A stretch of DNA of 57,224 nt, filler included, from Sphacelaria rigidula (GCA_964200075.2; 6 parts of 6 records of this genome joined end to end with filler, not necessarily neighbours in it); one strand, 5' to 3'; shown: positions 11,830-24,700, counted from the whole stretch's first letter. Notes: a model not told the origin generated them from the sequence alone. Translations and numbers: made by a program.

Positions 11830-13458
11830 CTATCTCTTTCGCAGGCGGGATGAGGCCGCGGACACGTGACCAGGCGAGGAGGACACGTTCAGTTCTAACT
11901 TGACGTCGGTTCCGTCGTCTGAAGACATAACATCATCCCCAACTGCGACGTGAAGTACCGGCTGCACTTGTGCCGTCTGCCGAAGCCGCTTCGTGTTCCT
12001 TCCATTGGTGATGCTGTTAGCACAACTTCTGCTTCTGATAGTCCTGCTGGAGCCGCCAAGGCCCATGCTGTCGCAACAACTGGATCCCGCACTAACTCGT
12101 TTGTTAGTTCGTATCCCCTCGAAACCTCGCGCAGATGCAACTGTCTCCTCCATTTTGATTTCCATGCGCATCTCTGCCCCACCTATTGCAACCGTATCTG
12201 CGACCCCCGAGCCGGAGGACTGTCTCGAGGAGGCAGGCGACGTGGTTGTGGAACCTGCAACCCTTTGCCTACGGCGCATCGTACGCGGGTCGCAGCGAGG
12301 ATCAGCGTTACGACCATCATCGTTCGTGTTGGGACCGGCATTCGGTGGGTGACCGGATGTTTCACCATCATCATTCATACCGACGCCCATTTCTCCCGTG
12401 ACGAAATCATCACTCGCTGGGATGTTTTCTTGGATACCTCCTGTGGGATCAGACCGTATGACCAAGTCATGTGCAGCGCCACGGTAGGTGTACCCGTGCT
12501 CCCGAACCAGGTTAGAACGATGCTGCGAGGCGCATTCATCGCCGTCCACAAGTAGCATGCCTGCGCGGGCGTGTGCGGCGCCGAACTCCGCTATCCTACC
12601 CCCAATTGCATCGGATGATGGTCGTGAGGAGCGGACTTCCCTGCCGCGCCGCCCTCGTACCACATCGACCATGCCTGCACCGGAGTGTATGGCGCAGAAC
12701 TCCGGCTTCCTGCTACCGGCTGCACCGAACGATGGGTATTTGGAGCAGCCCTTTTTGCCGCACCGCTTGTTCCTCAAATGGACCATGCCCGCTCGGGCGT
12801 GTGTGGCGCAGAACTCCGCTTGCCTGCTGCCGGGTGCGCCGAAGAACGGTTGAGTGGAGCAGCCCTCCTCGCCGCATCGCTTGTTCCTGACATCGACCAT
12901 GCCCGCTCGGGCGTGTGCGGCGCAGAACTCCGCTGTTCTGCTACCGGCTGCACCGAACGACGGTTGAGTAGAGCAGCCCTCCTCGCCGCATCGCTTGCTC
13001 CTGACATTGACCATGCCCGCTCGGGCGTGTGCGGCGCAGAGCTCCGGCTTCCTGCTACCGGCTGCGCCGAACGATGGGTATTTGGAGCAGCCCTCCTTGC
13101 CGCACCGCTTACTCCTGACATCAACCATGCCCACTCGGGCGTGTGTGGGGCAGAACTCTGCTTTCCTGCTGCCGGGTGTGCCGAAGGACGGATAAGTGGA
13201 GCAGCCCTCCTCGCCGCATCGCTTGCTCTTCACATCGACCATGCCCGCTCGGGCGTGTGCGGCGCAGAACTCCGCTGTTCTGCTACCGGCTGCACCGAAC
13301 GACGGTTGAGTGGAGCAGCCCTCCTTGCCGCACCGCCTGCTTATCACATCGACCATGCCCGCCCGCGCATGTTTGGTGCAGACTTCTGCCTTCCTGCTAC
13401 CCGCTATGCCCAATGATGCTCTCGTGGTGCAACTCGTGTGGGTGCAAATTCCAGGCAT
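11830..13458 (-). CDS. EsV-1-7 cysteine-rich repeat protein (about 542 aa, apparently single exon)
   Basis: Intact ORF with first ATG at 13458 (MPGIC...). Seven 38-aa repeats of the form CxxxGC..PSFG..GSR.AEFC..HARAGMVDV plus one degenerate repeat, matching the EsV-1-7 motif. Low-complexity C-terminus. Confidence 0.88.
   Translation of the reverse strand: MPGICTHTSCTTRASLGIAGSRKAEVCTKHARAGMVDVISRRCGKEGCSTQPSFGAAGSRTAEFCAAHARAGMVDVKSKRCGEEGCSTYPSFGTPGSRKAEFCPTHARVGMVDVRSKRCGKEGCSKYPSFGAAGSRKPELCAAHARAGMVNVRSKRCGEEGCSTQPSFGAAGSRTAEFCAAHARAGMVDVRNKRCGEEGCSTQPFFGAPGSRQAEFCATHARAGMVHLRNKRCGKKGCSKYPSFGAAGSRKPEFCAIHSGAGMVDVVRGRRGREVRSSRPSSDAIGGRIAEFGAAHARAGMLLVDGDECASQHRSNLVREHGYTYRGAAHDLVIRSDPTGGIQENIPASDDFVTGEMGVGMNDDGETSGHPPNAGPNTNDDGRNADPRCDPRTMRRRQRVAGSTTTSPASSRQSSGSGVADTVAIGGAEMRMEIKMEETVASARGFEGIRTNKRVSAGSSCCDSMGLGGSSRTIRSRSCANSITNGRNTKRLRQTAQVQPVLHVAVGDDVMSSDDGTDVKLELNVSSSPGHVSAASSRLRKR
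12555..13450 (-). repeat. 114-bp tandem coding repeat (EsV-1-7 units)
   Basis: Recurring GACCATGCCCGCTCGGGCGTGTG at 114-bp spacing. Confidence 0.9.
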
Positions 13459-13506
13459 CCCGTTCACAACCGCACCAGAGAAGGGACAAGGCCGCCGTAG
13501 TCCCCA

Positions 13507-13532
13507 CTGCTGCTGCTGCTGCTGCTGCTGCT
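13507..13532. repeat. (CTG/CAG)n microsatellite just upstream of the EsV-1-7 ATG
   Basis: About eight CTG units. Confidence 0.85.
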
Positions 13533-16500
13533 ACGATCCGCACTGTCACAGACTCGTTCACGAGTCCCGCTGACCGGTTCAGGAGCACCCTGCACCAATC
13601 AACCAGCAAAGATAATCATAGGCCGTGCTCATGTGAAAGATAGGTGACCTGTCATCATAGTCTCTCGGTCGCACATGGGCACGTGGGCTAGAGTGATTTG
13701 ACACATGAATCGTGGAGATAGCAGGTGACAGAGGAAACTATTGCAGCATGGTCGTTACAGGGGAGGGAGGGGGGGGGGGCGTTTCAATGAGGGGCGTTGT
13801 CTCGATACGTGTTTTTGCAGCACGGGGGGAACTGCTGAAGCAAAGGAAAGGGCGTCGAAGTCTGAAGATGCACAGACGTCTACAGTATCGAGGACGCTGC
13901 ATTATTTTATCGAGGACGCTTGTATGGTTTCTCCACCCACCTGGTTTACGTGACACACGACGCGCATGCCATTATGATGTTTTGTGCACCTGGCAGCGGG
14001 GTCACAGGCTGGATGAATCATTAGTTCATGCGAATGATACTCTTCAGCATTTAGACGATTGATGGCGACAGCCCACACCAGACAGATGGTGATGTGAAGG
14101 TGGGCAGGCCACGCCAATCTCTGACGTTTTCAGCGTAGTGCCATGCGCTATTGGGAGAGACCACCTTATCCTGTGTCGGTGCCGCAAAGGGTGCTCTACG
14201 CTAGGTATGGTGGCGGCGGGCACTGGCAGGATGGTTGTGCATACTACTGCACCCACAGATGGCACTAGCCAGGCGGCATGATGATGGCCAGCTGTGCCTA
14301 CATCATTCGCCCTTGTCACCACCTGCTGAAACAAGACAGACCTTCGAACTAGGGAGGGTTTTGGAAATGCACCCCCCTCGAAAAATGATACTACTGCGTT
14401 GATTTACCCCTCGCCTGAAGAGAGCAAGCACTGATACCTGAAACGCATTCACTGGACAGGATGAACTCAAAGGAGTTTGCTGAGTGTTGGGCTCGGAAAT
14501 ACCCATACTTCGCCTCGATATAGCATCAAGGACTCTTACACATACTCTCACCAACCAGCACCCTGCGGCACAAGCCATTGGCGTGACACGAGACAGGCGT
14601 TATCGACGGGTCATGCGGTGAACGTGCGCAGGTCTTGATCTCCAGGGACTCGAAGAACTGTGGCCCGTGAGATCATTTTGGACGTGATGTAGTTTAGAAG
14701 CACAGGGCTTGGTGTAATTGTCACTACAGTTATGGGCGCGCCTGACCCCCAAAAATGAGCCAAAAAAGTGTCACCGACCAAAAGCACGAACATACCGCAG
14801 ATCTTGTTCATCCCCTGAATATGCACGCCGTAAAATCACCCAAAGCACTTCCGATTTGAGTAGGGTTTCCATTTCACGATTTCAAAGTTTTCTCGTCCCG
14901 GAGTACGAACCACGGCGTGGCTCGGCTACTCATCGGCGTGTATTTGTGTAAGCTACGATGTTGGTGCTCAGTTTGGCGAAGTAAGTTGTGGTGGTCGAGA
15001 AAATCGCAAAAAAACTATACTTTTCCCACTTAATTCGTCATAAAACTCGGATGCTGGTGAATTAAAAAATTCCAAGCTCCAAAGTTGTAGCCGTGGTTTT
15101 GGCGCAGGTGATGCAATTATTCGTTTCCCAATCGATGACCTTGGTCAGGAGTATTTTCTAAAACAGATTGGGCTATCGGCCCAAACAAGCGCCTCCAACA
15201 CTCGCCTATTTCCACGACATGCGAAAATCTCACCCCTGTCCAAGGGCCTCAGAATAGATACACCCATGAATGACTCTTGATACGCAGATGGTTGATACAT
15301 CGCATGTGTAGAATGTTCGGCAGGTGTAGAATTCGAACGTTCGACCCAACCCCTAGAGGCTTCCGTTTCTACGGATATTTACCCCCATCTTTGCATCGCT
15401 TGTGATAGTGCCAACAGTCGCGCTCGTTCTCCTGCACGCGGTGCCATCACCACGCCACCGTCGATAGCGTAGATTAGATGGCAGCAAGTATGGACAAACT
15501 CTGAACTGAAGAAAAGAAAGCCACAAAGCAAGCTGGCGTTCAACAAGAGAGAGCAGTATCCGCAATGGCAACACACTCCAACAGCCGATATAGACATGAT
15601 CATGAGTCGCACGAACGAAAGCAAAAATCATCTTTGCGATCTTGCAGCAGCGAAGCGAACAAATTATAAAACCAAACCTAATCCTAACCACAACAAGGGC
15701 ATACCGAGAATCCTCGGGCAAGGCGGATGCAACGTGTTCCTTGAGCGAAATGCGCGTTGGCAGACCTCAAATCGGTGCCCCAGGCCCCGCTGCAGATAAA
15801 AACGCGTTGTGGGCTTGCTAGGAGCATGCTAAGAGCACAGCTCCCATGAAAAGATCCGGATTTCCGTGCTCACACTCAAATCAAGATGGACCAACTTACC
15901 CTCCCGAATGGTCAACTAGATACGGCGTCAAGAAGACACAAAAGACAGCATGAAGTCGTCGGCCCACTTTTGCTGAAGTCACATGGCACCGAAGCCTCAT
16001 TCATGCCTTTCAGTGCACCAACCCGTCTTGAGACACGCGTCCGTTGTATCGGCAGTGGTGGCTGACGGCCGACGGTTTTTCACATTCCCTCTTGGAACAC
16101 CATATCTTGGGAGTCCGATGAAAATCGTGCACATTCATGAAATGAAAAGGCATACCCACGGAACAACAAATACACTTGCACAGGGCGAGTCATTCATCCG
16201 CTAAAGATGTAAAACGATGGGGTCCGATAAATCAACCTTCTCAAAACATGAGGAAGTCGACCAACATCCGCCCAGCCTACACGACACCCCCCATGTAAGG
16301 GCCGTCCTCATTGAAGTTCATCAGTACACATGATTCTGTCGCATATTGAGCATATGAGTTTGCCCCAATTTTCAATCCGCGTTCCATAAAATAAATGGTC
16401 CTGTGTTTCGGTTTCAGTTACTGTATCAGCGTTGGGCTACAAATGTTCATGGTTGATGTTACTTGGTTTGAGTGTATACGAGGAGAATCGGAATTCAGTT

Positions 16501-19010
16501 TGGACTGACAGTCCCGTCGGTTCCTCGTGTGAGCAGAACGTGTTTTCGTTGAAATCGGCGCCACAGGCGTAGATTTAGGCTCTACCAAGGCCTTACTTTG
16601 CTTAGAGGATGTATGTACCGCCCTTGCCCGAGGGTTCTTGGTGTGCGTTGGGTTGGGTCAACCCAACTAGCCTCCTAGTATTCCAGCGTATCACAAGCGC
16701 GACGAAAAGCGACGCAGTGGCATGCAATATATGAGGAACATGAAGGGAAGTAGCGGGGATGCCCCAAAAAACACACGCACGACGGGGGTAAGGGTTAGTC
16801 CCACGCTTGAGATTGTTTCGCCAGTAGTGGCCATGCGAGGCGCTTCACCCAGTCTGAACCAGCTACTATGCCTTGTATGACCACCTCCGCCGTGGCTGTA
16901 TTGAGAACGGGTTTCGCGGTGAGGCTGCCGAACACTACTACTGTAGTGCAACGCGCTTGCGACATCCGAGCCGTTTCATTTCATATCGAACCCGCATCAG
17001 CTGTGGTTTAAACATATCTTCTGACGGTCCCAACCGGAGTCTGATCCAGGGGCGGAAAGCGATGGCTCCCTACCCCTCAGATAGGATTTGTGACCACCTC
17101 AGCGTTAGAATTAGACCCCAGGGGAAGTCCTGAAATTACGGATGGTTTTCTTGGAAAGTAGTCGTTCATTGTAACGAGTATAAAGTGTTCAAGGAAGGAA
17201 ATTTCGATTTTGAACAGGAAAACATGTACCACAGTACCCCTATATACCATCCTACATGTTTCATTCCGAACGATGTTTCCTATATGAATTTTTTATCCAT
17301 GTCGTTCTCTTCCGATGACGTAAGGCATATTTTACCCGACGGGCCTAGATAAGCTCCAAAAGTCGATATGTTCGTGTCTTTTCGTGGTTTTGGTCGGTGA
17401 CACTTTTTTGGCCCATAACAGTAACTCTACTCTGGGGGAATGGTTTCATTGTGTGGATACGCAAGGCATGAACGACCACCTCGTGTCTTCGCCGCTTCGG
17501 ATGACAACATCGTAGCGTGCAATTATTTTCTAGAGGCGGAGTTTCGCATGTAACACACATGCTGGAAATGCGAGCAATCGGCGCGTCCCATATTTGGGGT
17601 ACAGCAGGAATGACGCTCAGGGCAATGAAACGTGTCTCGAAGATGAGTACACGGAGTTGTAAGGGCAGCAACCCGACGTGGTAGATGGTATCTGGTACAA
17701 AAAATGACTTCAGCAGTATTTCTCTTTGAGACTCTTGTAGATGGAAACGGAATGGCGCGCTGGAGGAGAAGGCGTGTTGGCGAACATCGAGAACGAAGCG
17801 AGCATCGAGTTTATTCACGAGCAGGAAATCACATCACATCAAATTGACTTGAGTTGTTTTGAAGGACACACACGCGGAAGCTGCCACCTTGAGAGAGGAG
17901 GGACAGACGTCAATAGCAACAGATGGGGAACAAGCTCACGCGTGAAGACGGACCTTCAGAGACAGCTGTAGAAACACGCGAAGACCAACGTAAAGACACA
18001 AACAGCACCAAACGGCATAACAAATTCCACGACACATGAATAGATGTGCTACAAGTATTTGGCCGACGGCTGAAGTGAGCCTTGGAGTGGAAGTTTCCAC
18101 GAACCAAGCGGGGTTTTCTTCGCCAGGAATGTGTTCCGCAGTATAACGAAGGATGACAAATATGTGAATATACAATACCACGGAGACGAAATTTCGCTCG
18201 CCCCGTTCACGATGAAACCGGGTCGCGCATCTCTGTTACCGTGTCATGCCGTACCGTAAAACAGATTGTGCGTACCACGTGATACCGGGTCGTGGACAAC
18301 GCATACCATACAGTGGAGATACCCTAAAAAGAAACGTGCCTCGCAATAAGCTCGCCATAGGAAATCCGCGACAATTTGTACAACTGTATGTCTGGCCGAA
18401 GGTGAAAATGGCACGTCAAACTGTGGTTCGATTCGTCGGAACAATCATACATGTATTCTCCAATGTCCTTGTTGTTGAGGCCACTTCCTATGATCCGACG
18501 ATTAAGCAAAAGATCGACCAGGGACGGTCTTCCAGGAACAGCAGTTTTTTAAACCGTTTCGTACACCTCCGGAAACTAACTGCCGCGTGCGCCCGCCCAC
18601 CGTGATACTTGAAGGGGTTTACTCGGTGTGTGAAACACCGGCCACCGTACTGTCCGTTGTCCGTACTTCTGTTCTATACTGTCCCATCTGCGCGGCTGCA
18701 TTGCACGTCCCCTGCAGTATGCTGATGCCCTCGTGCTGCATGCATGTACTGAACAGCTATATGCTACACCTGTGGGTACTGGATGTACAGTTACACAGCG
18801 GCACTGGCTTCAATGTAACGTTGCTGCATCGTACACTGCGTGCTGTCTGTACTCGACGTTTGCAGCTGTACCCTCATGTTTGTTTTCTGTCTGCACAGCT
18901 GGCCGCACCATGCGTGATGGAGGTGTTTGTGTAATCCCCCGGGTCGACAAACTTCGATTTCTTCCATAACAGGTCGCTTTTCTCACAACATGGGGGCGAA
19001 ATGCATCCAT

Positions 19011-19110
19011 NNNNNNNNNNNNNNNNNNNNNNNNNNNNNNNNNNNNNNNNNNNNTTAATTAATTAANNNNNNNNNNNNNNNNNNNNNNNNNNNNNNNNNN
19101 NNNNNNNNNN
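19011..19110. other. Artificial contig spacer
   Basis: N44-TTAATTAATTAA-N44. Confidence 0.98.
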
Positions 19111-20286
19111 GTTTATTTCGTGTTTTTACCCAGCTACCGAAAGCAACAGCAGTAAACGATACCCGAGCTATGCTGAGAGAGGGGGAGGGGGGGATCTATT
19201 CCACGAAAAAGTATGCTCGTAGATACGTCAAACAACCTAAAACACCCGAGGTGCGCTTGTCTTTGGGTGAAAGCGGTGTAAAGCAGCATGAATGAGCGTT
19301 ATCTGTCGGGAACAAGCGCGTTCGAACAACTGTTGTCTGCTTTCAATGGCGATTGAAGTGGAATTTTGTGGAAGAAAACGGCCCAATATTCCCGCCCCCT
19401 TCCCCCTGTCGAGATCAATGGTCTAATGACTATCGCATGCATCATCATGAGTACACCCCCCTATCGTACCAGGACGCCGGGGTGAATGATTCCTGGCTAT
19501 GCCCGTTCGCAACAGAGGTGAGACTTGTTTTCGCTGTCGGTATGAGCACACCAGTCTCGCTGCCGCAGTTGTACCATTAGCCATATACGCACGTGCGCTG
19601 CCCTCTCGCTGTTCGTCTGCTCTCTGACCATCAAACAGAGCTGGACCACAGGTTGCGGGAACAGCCCAGGGATACAGTTGCCCATGTGTGGGCTCAAGCT
19701 CGACTCCGCGTGCCTGGACTTGTTGAGGAGACTGAGGACCCGGCCTTGCAAATTACGGGTGAGCGCTAGCGGGCTGTTGTATCTTGGCTTTAATTGCCTG
19801 CTGGTGGTCAACGGTGGCTTGCGGCAATCCCGCCCTGGTATTTTTGTCCTCGACAATTTGTGGCTGAATCGCGGCATCGCTTTGATTGTATGGTGTTGGA
19901 TTTGTTGGTGTTGGTTGGTTGTCGTCGAATTTAGTGTGTATTTGGTTGTAGCTTCAAACCCACCGTGGTATTGCTTCCGGTTCCTTGGTAGAGAGAAGTA
20001 CATATGTGGTTCGCAGCGGATGGGGAGGCAAGGTATGAGTGTGCGGCTATGGGACAGAGGTACAAAGCAGTTGGTGCTAGTCGTGCGAAGTTGGAATGCT
20101 CTAAGGCCTTTTTGTGTGGTTTTACAGGCTGCATGAGCCCATCGGCAGGATTATCAATATTCATGAGCGGGCGGCGGGGTCTGTTGTGAATTCTACGAGG
20201 CACCTACAGTATCGGCTCTAGCAGCACGAAGCAAACCTACGTGACCACCAATCACCGCCCCCGTTGGCTAACGCTCCGCTGCTGTT

Positions 20287-21786
20287 TTGTGCTATTCAGG
20301 CGTTGTCGACATATGCGAGAAGCTAATAGAAGAAATGAGATTTGGGGCTTTCGCCGAGTGGTGCTTCGCGTATATCGAGAATGAAGACGGTGCGGGTCGG
20401 AGCACGTTGGGAAATGCCGGGTCACCGCCCCAAAACACTGCTGGCAGCGTATCCTCATGGAGGCCTGGGACCGATGCCGCGGCCGGGACGGAGACTGTTG
20501 CCGGCGTCAAACAAGTTTTTACGGAGGAAAGCGGCCAAGGCGTGGTGGATCGTCAGTCGTCGGAGGCTGCTGACTATCCTTCTCAGCAGGGTGTTGCGGG
20601 TGATCCATCCGGCGACGCAACCGGTTGGGTGGGTCGTAAGGAGAGTACCTGTGGTGCGGCAAGTGGATGTGAGGGAGGAAACGGGCTAGCCCACGTAGAT
20701 GGTGTTTCATCGGGAGATATCGCCCCCCCCTTACAGAAAGGTGTTGGACGTTATGCATCAGAGATTGAGGTGATAAATACGCAGAGTGGGGTGGAGGTAG
20801 TTGCGAGTGGGGCAACCGTTCCTTCCAGAGTCGGTGGTTGTGTATCTGAGGAGGGTGTCGCCAGCATCGATGCGGTGGGAAATGTCGATGCCAATACGGC
20901 GGACGCGACGGCATTTACTGTCCGCGGAGCATCCCCGGTCACTCGACAGGGACCTGCTGCTAGTGATTCATTGGGGGATGGGACCGGTGTAGCGGGCAGG
21001 GTGAACTCGTCTTCTGTCGGAGTATCACCCGCGGAAACAGGCGGGGTGAAGTTATTTGCTGTCGGAGTGTCACCCGCGTCCGCTAGATCGTTGCCTACTG
21101 GAATCTACAGTGGTGGACGCTGCCCCCGCCGCCGAAGCCAGAAGGCCTTTCAAGACGAAATTGGTATTGCCGGCGCCGATCCTTGTGGTGGGGGCGCCTG
21201 CCTCCCGACCACCGACAGCGTGGCCGAGGGAGTAGATTTTTCTCGACGAGGGGCAAGCGTCACGGGCGGTGAAGGCAGCTTGGCAGTAGAGGAAAAGTCC
21301 CGCGGGGCGCGATTCTCATCGATACTTCAGTTTACTGCTGGCACTAGGGATACAACCTTCGTTTTCGGCGGTTTGAATACGAGGGAAGCCACCGGCTCAG
21401 CTGTACCAGCGGAGGTGGCATCAACAACACGATGCGAAGGCAACTCCAGCTGTTCATCGGCCGATGACGCCAGCGGCACGCCCACAGCAAGGGCCTTGAT
21501 TGCGACCTCTGCAGGGACTTCGAACGGACTTCCACCGGAATCCCCCTTGAGCTCAGTTAGTGTCGCCAATGCGTTGCTCCCGGAGGTGGTTTCGAGCACG
21601 GCCTTCGAGGTAATGAGCAACGGCAGTGGGCCGTCCGGTTTGTCATTGCAGTCTCCGGATCCCGGAGTCAAGATGTTTGCGACGGGGAGCCGAGCGCGGG
21701 AGTCTGGTCATCCGGCAGGACAGCGGCAACGGAAAGGAGTTCCGCGTCGGGTAGCCAGGTGCGTGAGGACACCGGTGAACGTGTGA
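20287..21786 (+). CDS. 1.5-kb open frame encoding a G/S/A/V-rich low-complexity sequence; unknown gene exon or TE accessory ORF
   Basis: 499 codons without a stop. Possible acceptor TTCAG at about 20299. No recognisable domain. Confidence 0.35.
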   Translation: MCYSGVVDICEKLIEEMRFGAFAEWCFAYIENEDGAGRSTLGNAGSPPQNTAGSVSSWRPGTDAAAGTETVAGVKQVFTEESGQGVVDRQSSEAADYPSQQGVAGDPSGDATGWVGRKESTCGAASGCEGGNGLAHVDGVSSGDIAPPLQKGVGRYASEIEVINTQSGVEVVASGATVPSRVGGCVSEEGVASIDAVGNVDANTADATAFTVRGASPVTRQGPAASDSLGDGTGVAGRVNSSSVGVSPAETGGVKLFAVGVSPASARSLPTGIYSGGRCPRRRSQKAFQDEIGIAGADPCGGGACLPTTDSVAEGVDFSRRGASVTGGEGSLAVEEKSRGARFSSILQFTAGTRDTTFVFGGLNTREATGSAVPAEVASTTRCEGNSSCSSADDASGTPTARALIATSAGTSNGLPPESPLSSVSVANALLPEVVSSTAFEVMSNGSGPSGLSLQSPDPGVKMFATGSRARESGHPAGQRQRKGVPRRVARCVRTPVNV

Positions 21787-24700
21787 AGTCGTGCAATGGT
21801 GCTATTTTGACGTGTGTCTACAGTAGGCATCTATGTCGGCGCATGTTGTGGTGTCGAGAAAGACTTGTCTCTAACTGGCAAAGTGGGGCACTGCATATAA
21901 CAGAGGTATTCCTCGTAGGGTTTCGAGCATGTGCGTGGGCATCAGGACATTCTCCATGTACTGTACGTTGAAAGCTGGCGTTTGCTTCGAACGTTCTGGT
22001 TTGTGATGATATCATGGAGCTACACCTTGTCCCCGCCGTTCCTCTGTCCCCTCCGCAACATCGCAAATGATTCTTCACATTAGGCGGCAAGAGCTGTCCT
22101 CCAAGGGTGTTGGACGAGACCAGCGTCACGGCACAGTTGGAGCCTTCGCATGCGGTTCTCCATCTCTTGTTTCCCCATCCAGCTTTGGAGCATCCCCGGC
22201 GCTAAAGGGGGAGGTAATGGGACCGATGGCTGCAGAATCGCGTCCGGTGGTATCCCACGTCTCGGCGACTACAAGGGTGAAGCATTCTGGCGGGAGCGAG
22301 GCGGGGTGCCACCATTATGTAAGCGAGACCCCGCGGGAGGCAGAGCAGTGACGCCAGCCCCCACAAGCGGTGGAGACAACGACGACCGACCGGGACGACG
22401 GCACCGCGTACACTGACGGTTAGAGGACGGAGCACAGCATACAATGTTGCTAGGTTTTAGGGAGCTATGGTGCGTGCAGTACGAGGGGCATCTGAATCTG
22501 GACGTCATTTTTGAGAACGTGAAAACCGGTGGTTGCGATCCGCTGGAGCTCGGCGGGGTTGTGCGTGTGGGGGTGTCGCTCTCAAATGACTAGTATCGAA
22601 CTAAGGCCACACAACTAGATGGGTGTGGTCGGTGGTGTCAAGATTTGTCTTGTCCTATAAAAGTATGGATGATTGCTGCGTACAATACTTTGGTTTTTTA
22701 TGAGGTGTCGCTCAATCGTGTGGCGCGTGTTTTGCACTAGATGGCGTAATGAAACACGAATACGCCATGGGAGTTGGTATCGAGTAAGTCAACGCCAGAG
22801 CGGATTTCGTACAAGAACAAATCTGGAAACTTGTCCTATTTGTGGAGGTGATGGATGTTACCAATCGGGTGGGGGCACAAAGTACGAGGTTGTTTCCGAC
22901 CATGACGGTCCGTGACGACTTCGTTGTTGGTTGAGGAGTGGCAACCCGATTGCATTCGCAGGATCCGCAGAGGGGGCTGGAGCGAGTTGGACTTCTACGG
23001 AGAGTGTAAACCGGTTGCGTGGTTGGGGACACGGGTGGGTGGGGTGGGTGGCCGACGGTGGTTGCGTTCAGACAGAATAATCAACGAGACTGTAAGTACA
23101 CTGCATTCTATTGTTGTGTCGTTATTAGGGGTACAGTGAGTCCTGTCGATGGTGCATCTTGACACACGATAGTTGGGAACTGTGCTACGAGATGCAACTT
23201 TTCCGTTCATCAATGGACACACATGGGTTTACAGCAGATGTTTCAGTCGCGGTGTGGTTGTCGATTTGAGTCAATATCGACGATGTCGAAGCCTTTTGCG
23301 GTGTGCATCAGCTTTACAACACGAAAGAGATCATAGGGGTGACATATGCAAAAATGGCCACCGCAATGTTTTTATCTTGCTGATCGATGAAATAGCAGTA
23401 GTGACAAGTTTTGAAAGGACGATTTTTGATGTACTCTTAATCGTACCTGACGGCGACGGACCTAGCTCAACATTATCCAAAGAGTGTGATGGGGACGCTG
23501 ATTTCTAGTAGTGCAGTCGGGGTCACATACTCTGGTGAATATATGGCATTATTCGCTTTCGAGATGATGTACAAGTGCGCACGGTGATATGCCTTCATCT
23601 GGCGTTATGGACATGCGTCACGGTAGAGCTCAGCTTCTATGTTCCAAACCTAGTTTTGTCTCTTCCTCCTTGGGTGGCAGACCCCAAGACTCGAATCTGC
23701 GTTGACGACTGTTTTGCTTGTGATTAAAGTAACATGTGCCGTTGGGAAAATAGATCACAGACGAAAAATTGCTAATGGTTGTAGTAGCAGTGAATAGAGC
23801 GATGCCGGGTTTTCCCAATGTGCAGAAGTGGTGGACAAAGCACGCGGCGAAGGATTGCGTCTTCGTTTATGCGTGGGGAGGAAACAGGCGGGAGTGCCAA
23901 GAGATTGGCGACATGGACCGGGCAGAGACAGGAACAAAAGTCAGAGGCTGTTATGGGTCGCAGCAGGCTACTAGTTGGGATGGTGCTCCGCTGTGCACTC
24001 TCAAAATAGGGACAGACGACCATAAGTTGATAACCACAGTGTTGGAGGGTCCAAGGAGGATGTTTCCTTCTTGCCGTTGTTTTGAAAAGGTGATACGCGC
24101 TGGCTGTTGCTGTGATGTGTGCATACAGGCGGGAGATACGTAGCGGTGGGTATAGCTGCATGGAATCGATATTTTTTATGCGGGCAATGCTTCACTATGA
24201 CACTGTATCATGGGGCATTCATGCTGTAGCATCATGATTGCTTCGGCGGCGGTGTTGGCTGACTTGCGCTGTCTGCGTTTGTCGCGTCCGAAGTACTGCT
24301 AGAGTGTAGAGCCGTACATGGATATTTCTGGTAGGGTGTGCTATTACGGTGCCAGTACGGGTGGGTCTCTTCAGGCGATATACGTGCCGATCGATTTCCT
24401 TGTTCATCTTCCTTGTTTTGCCGACTTTTTTTTCTCCTCCGATGAACCGCCAATCTCCTCTTTACGTCGCATACTGGTCCCTCCTGCTTGCTGGTGTCGT
24501 GGTATGGTGCACCTCTAGTACTGGATGATAGTTGGTAAAAATAAGTCTTGCGCGTGCTGGCCATCCAGCAGTAGAGATTTGCAATCATGGGGTCATTGGG
24601 GGGAGTTTTGTCCCCGACAATAGGCATACTTAGCTTCATATACAAGGCCGGATTAGGGGAGAGAGAGGTGGGGAGTAGAGATGGCGTACATTATCAGGGT

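Noticed and set aside
11950-13643. Long plus-strand and alternate-frame ORFs overlapping the EsV-1-7 gene
   Set aside because: Shadow ORFs of a GC-rich repetitive coding sequence.
15670-15690. Telomere-like CCCTAA motif
   Set aside because: Only about two imperfect units at an internal position, not a telomeric tract.
9556-19010. Endogenous phaeovirus insertion around the EsV-1-7 gene
   Set aside because: No dense intronless ORF array or viral core genes. EsV-1-7 genes are an ordinary expanded host family in brown algae.
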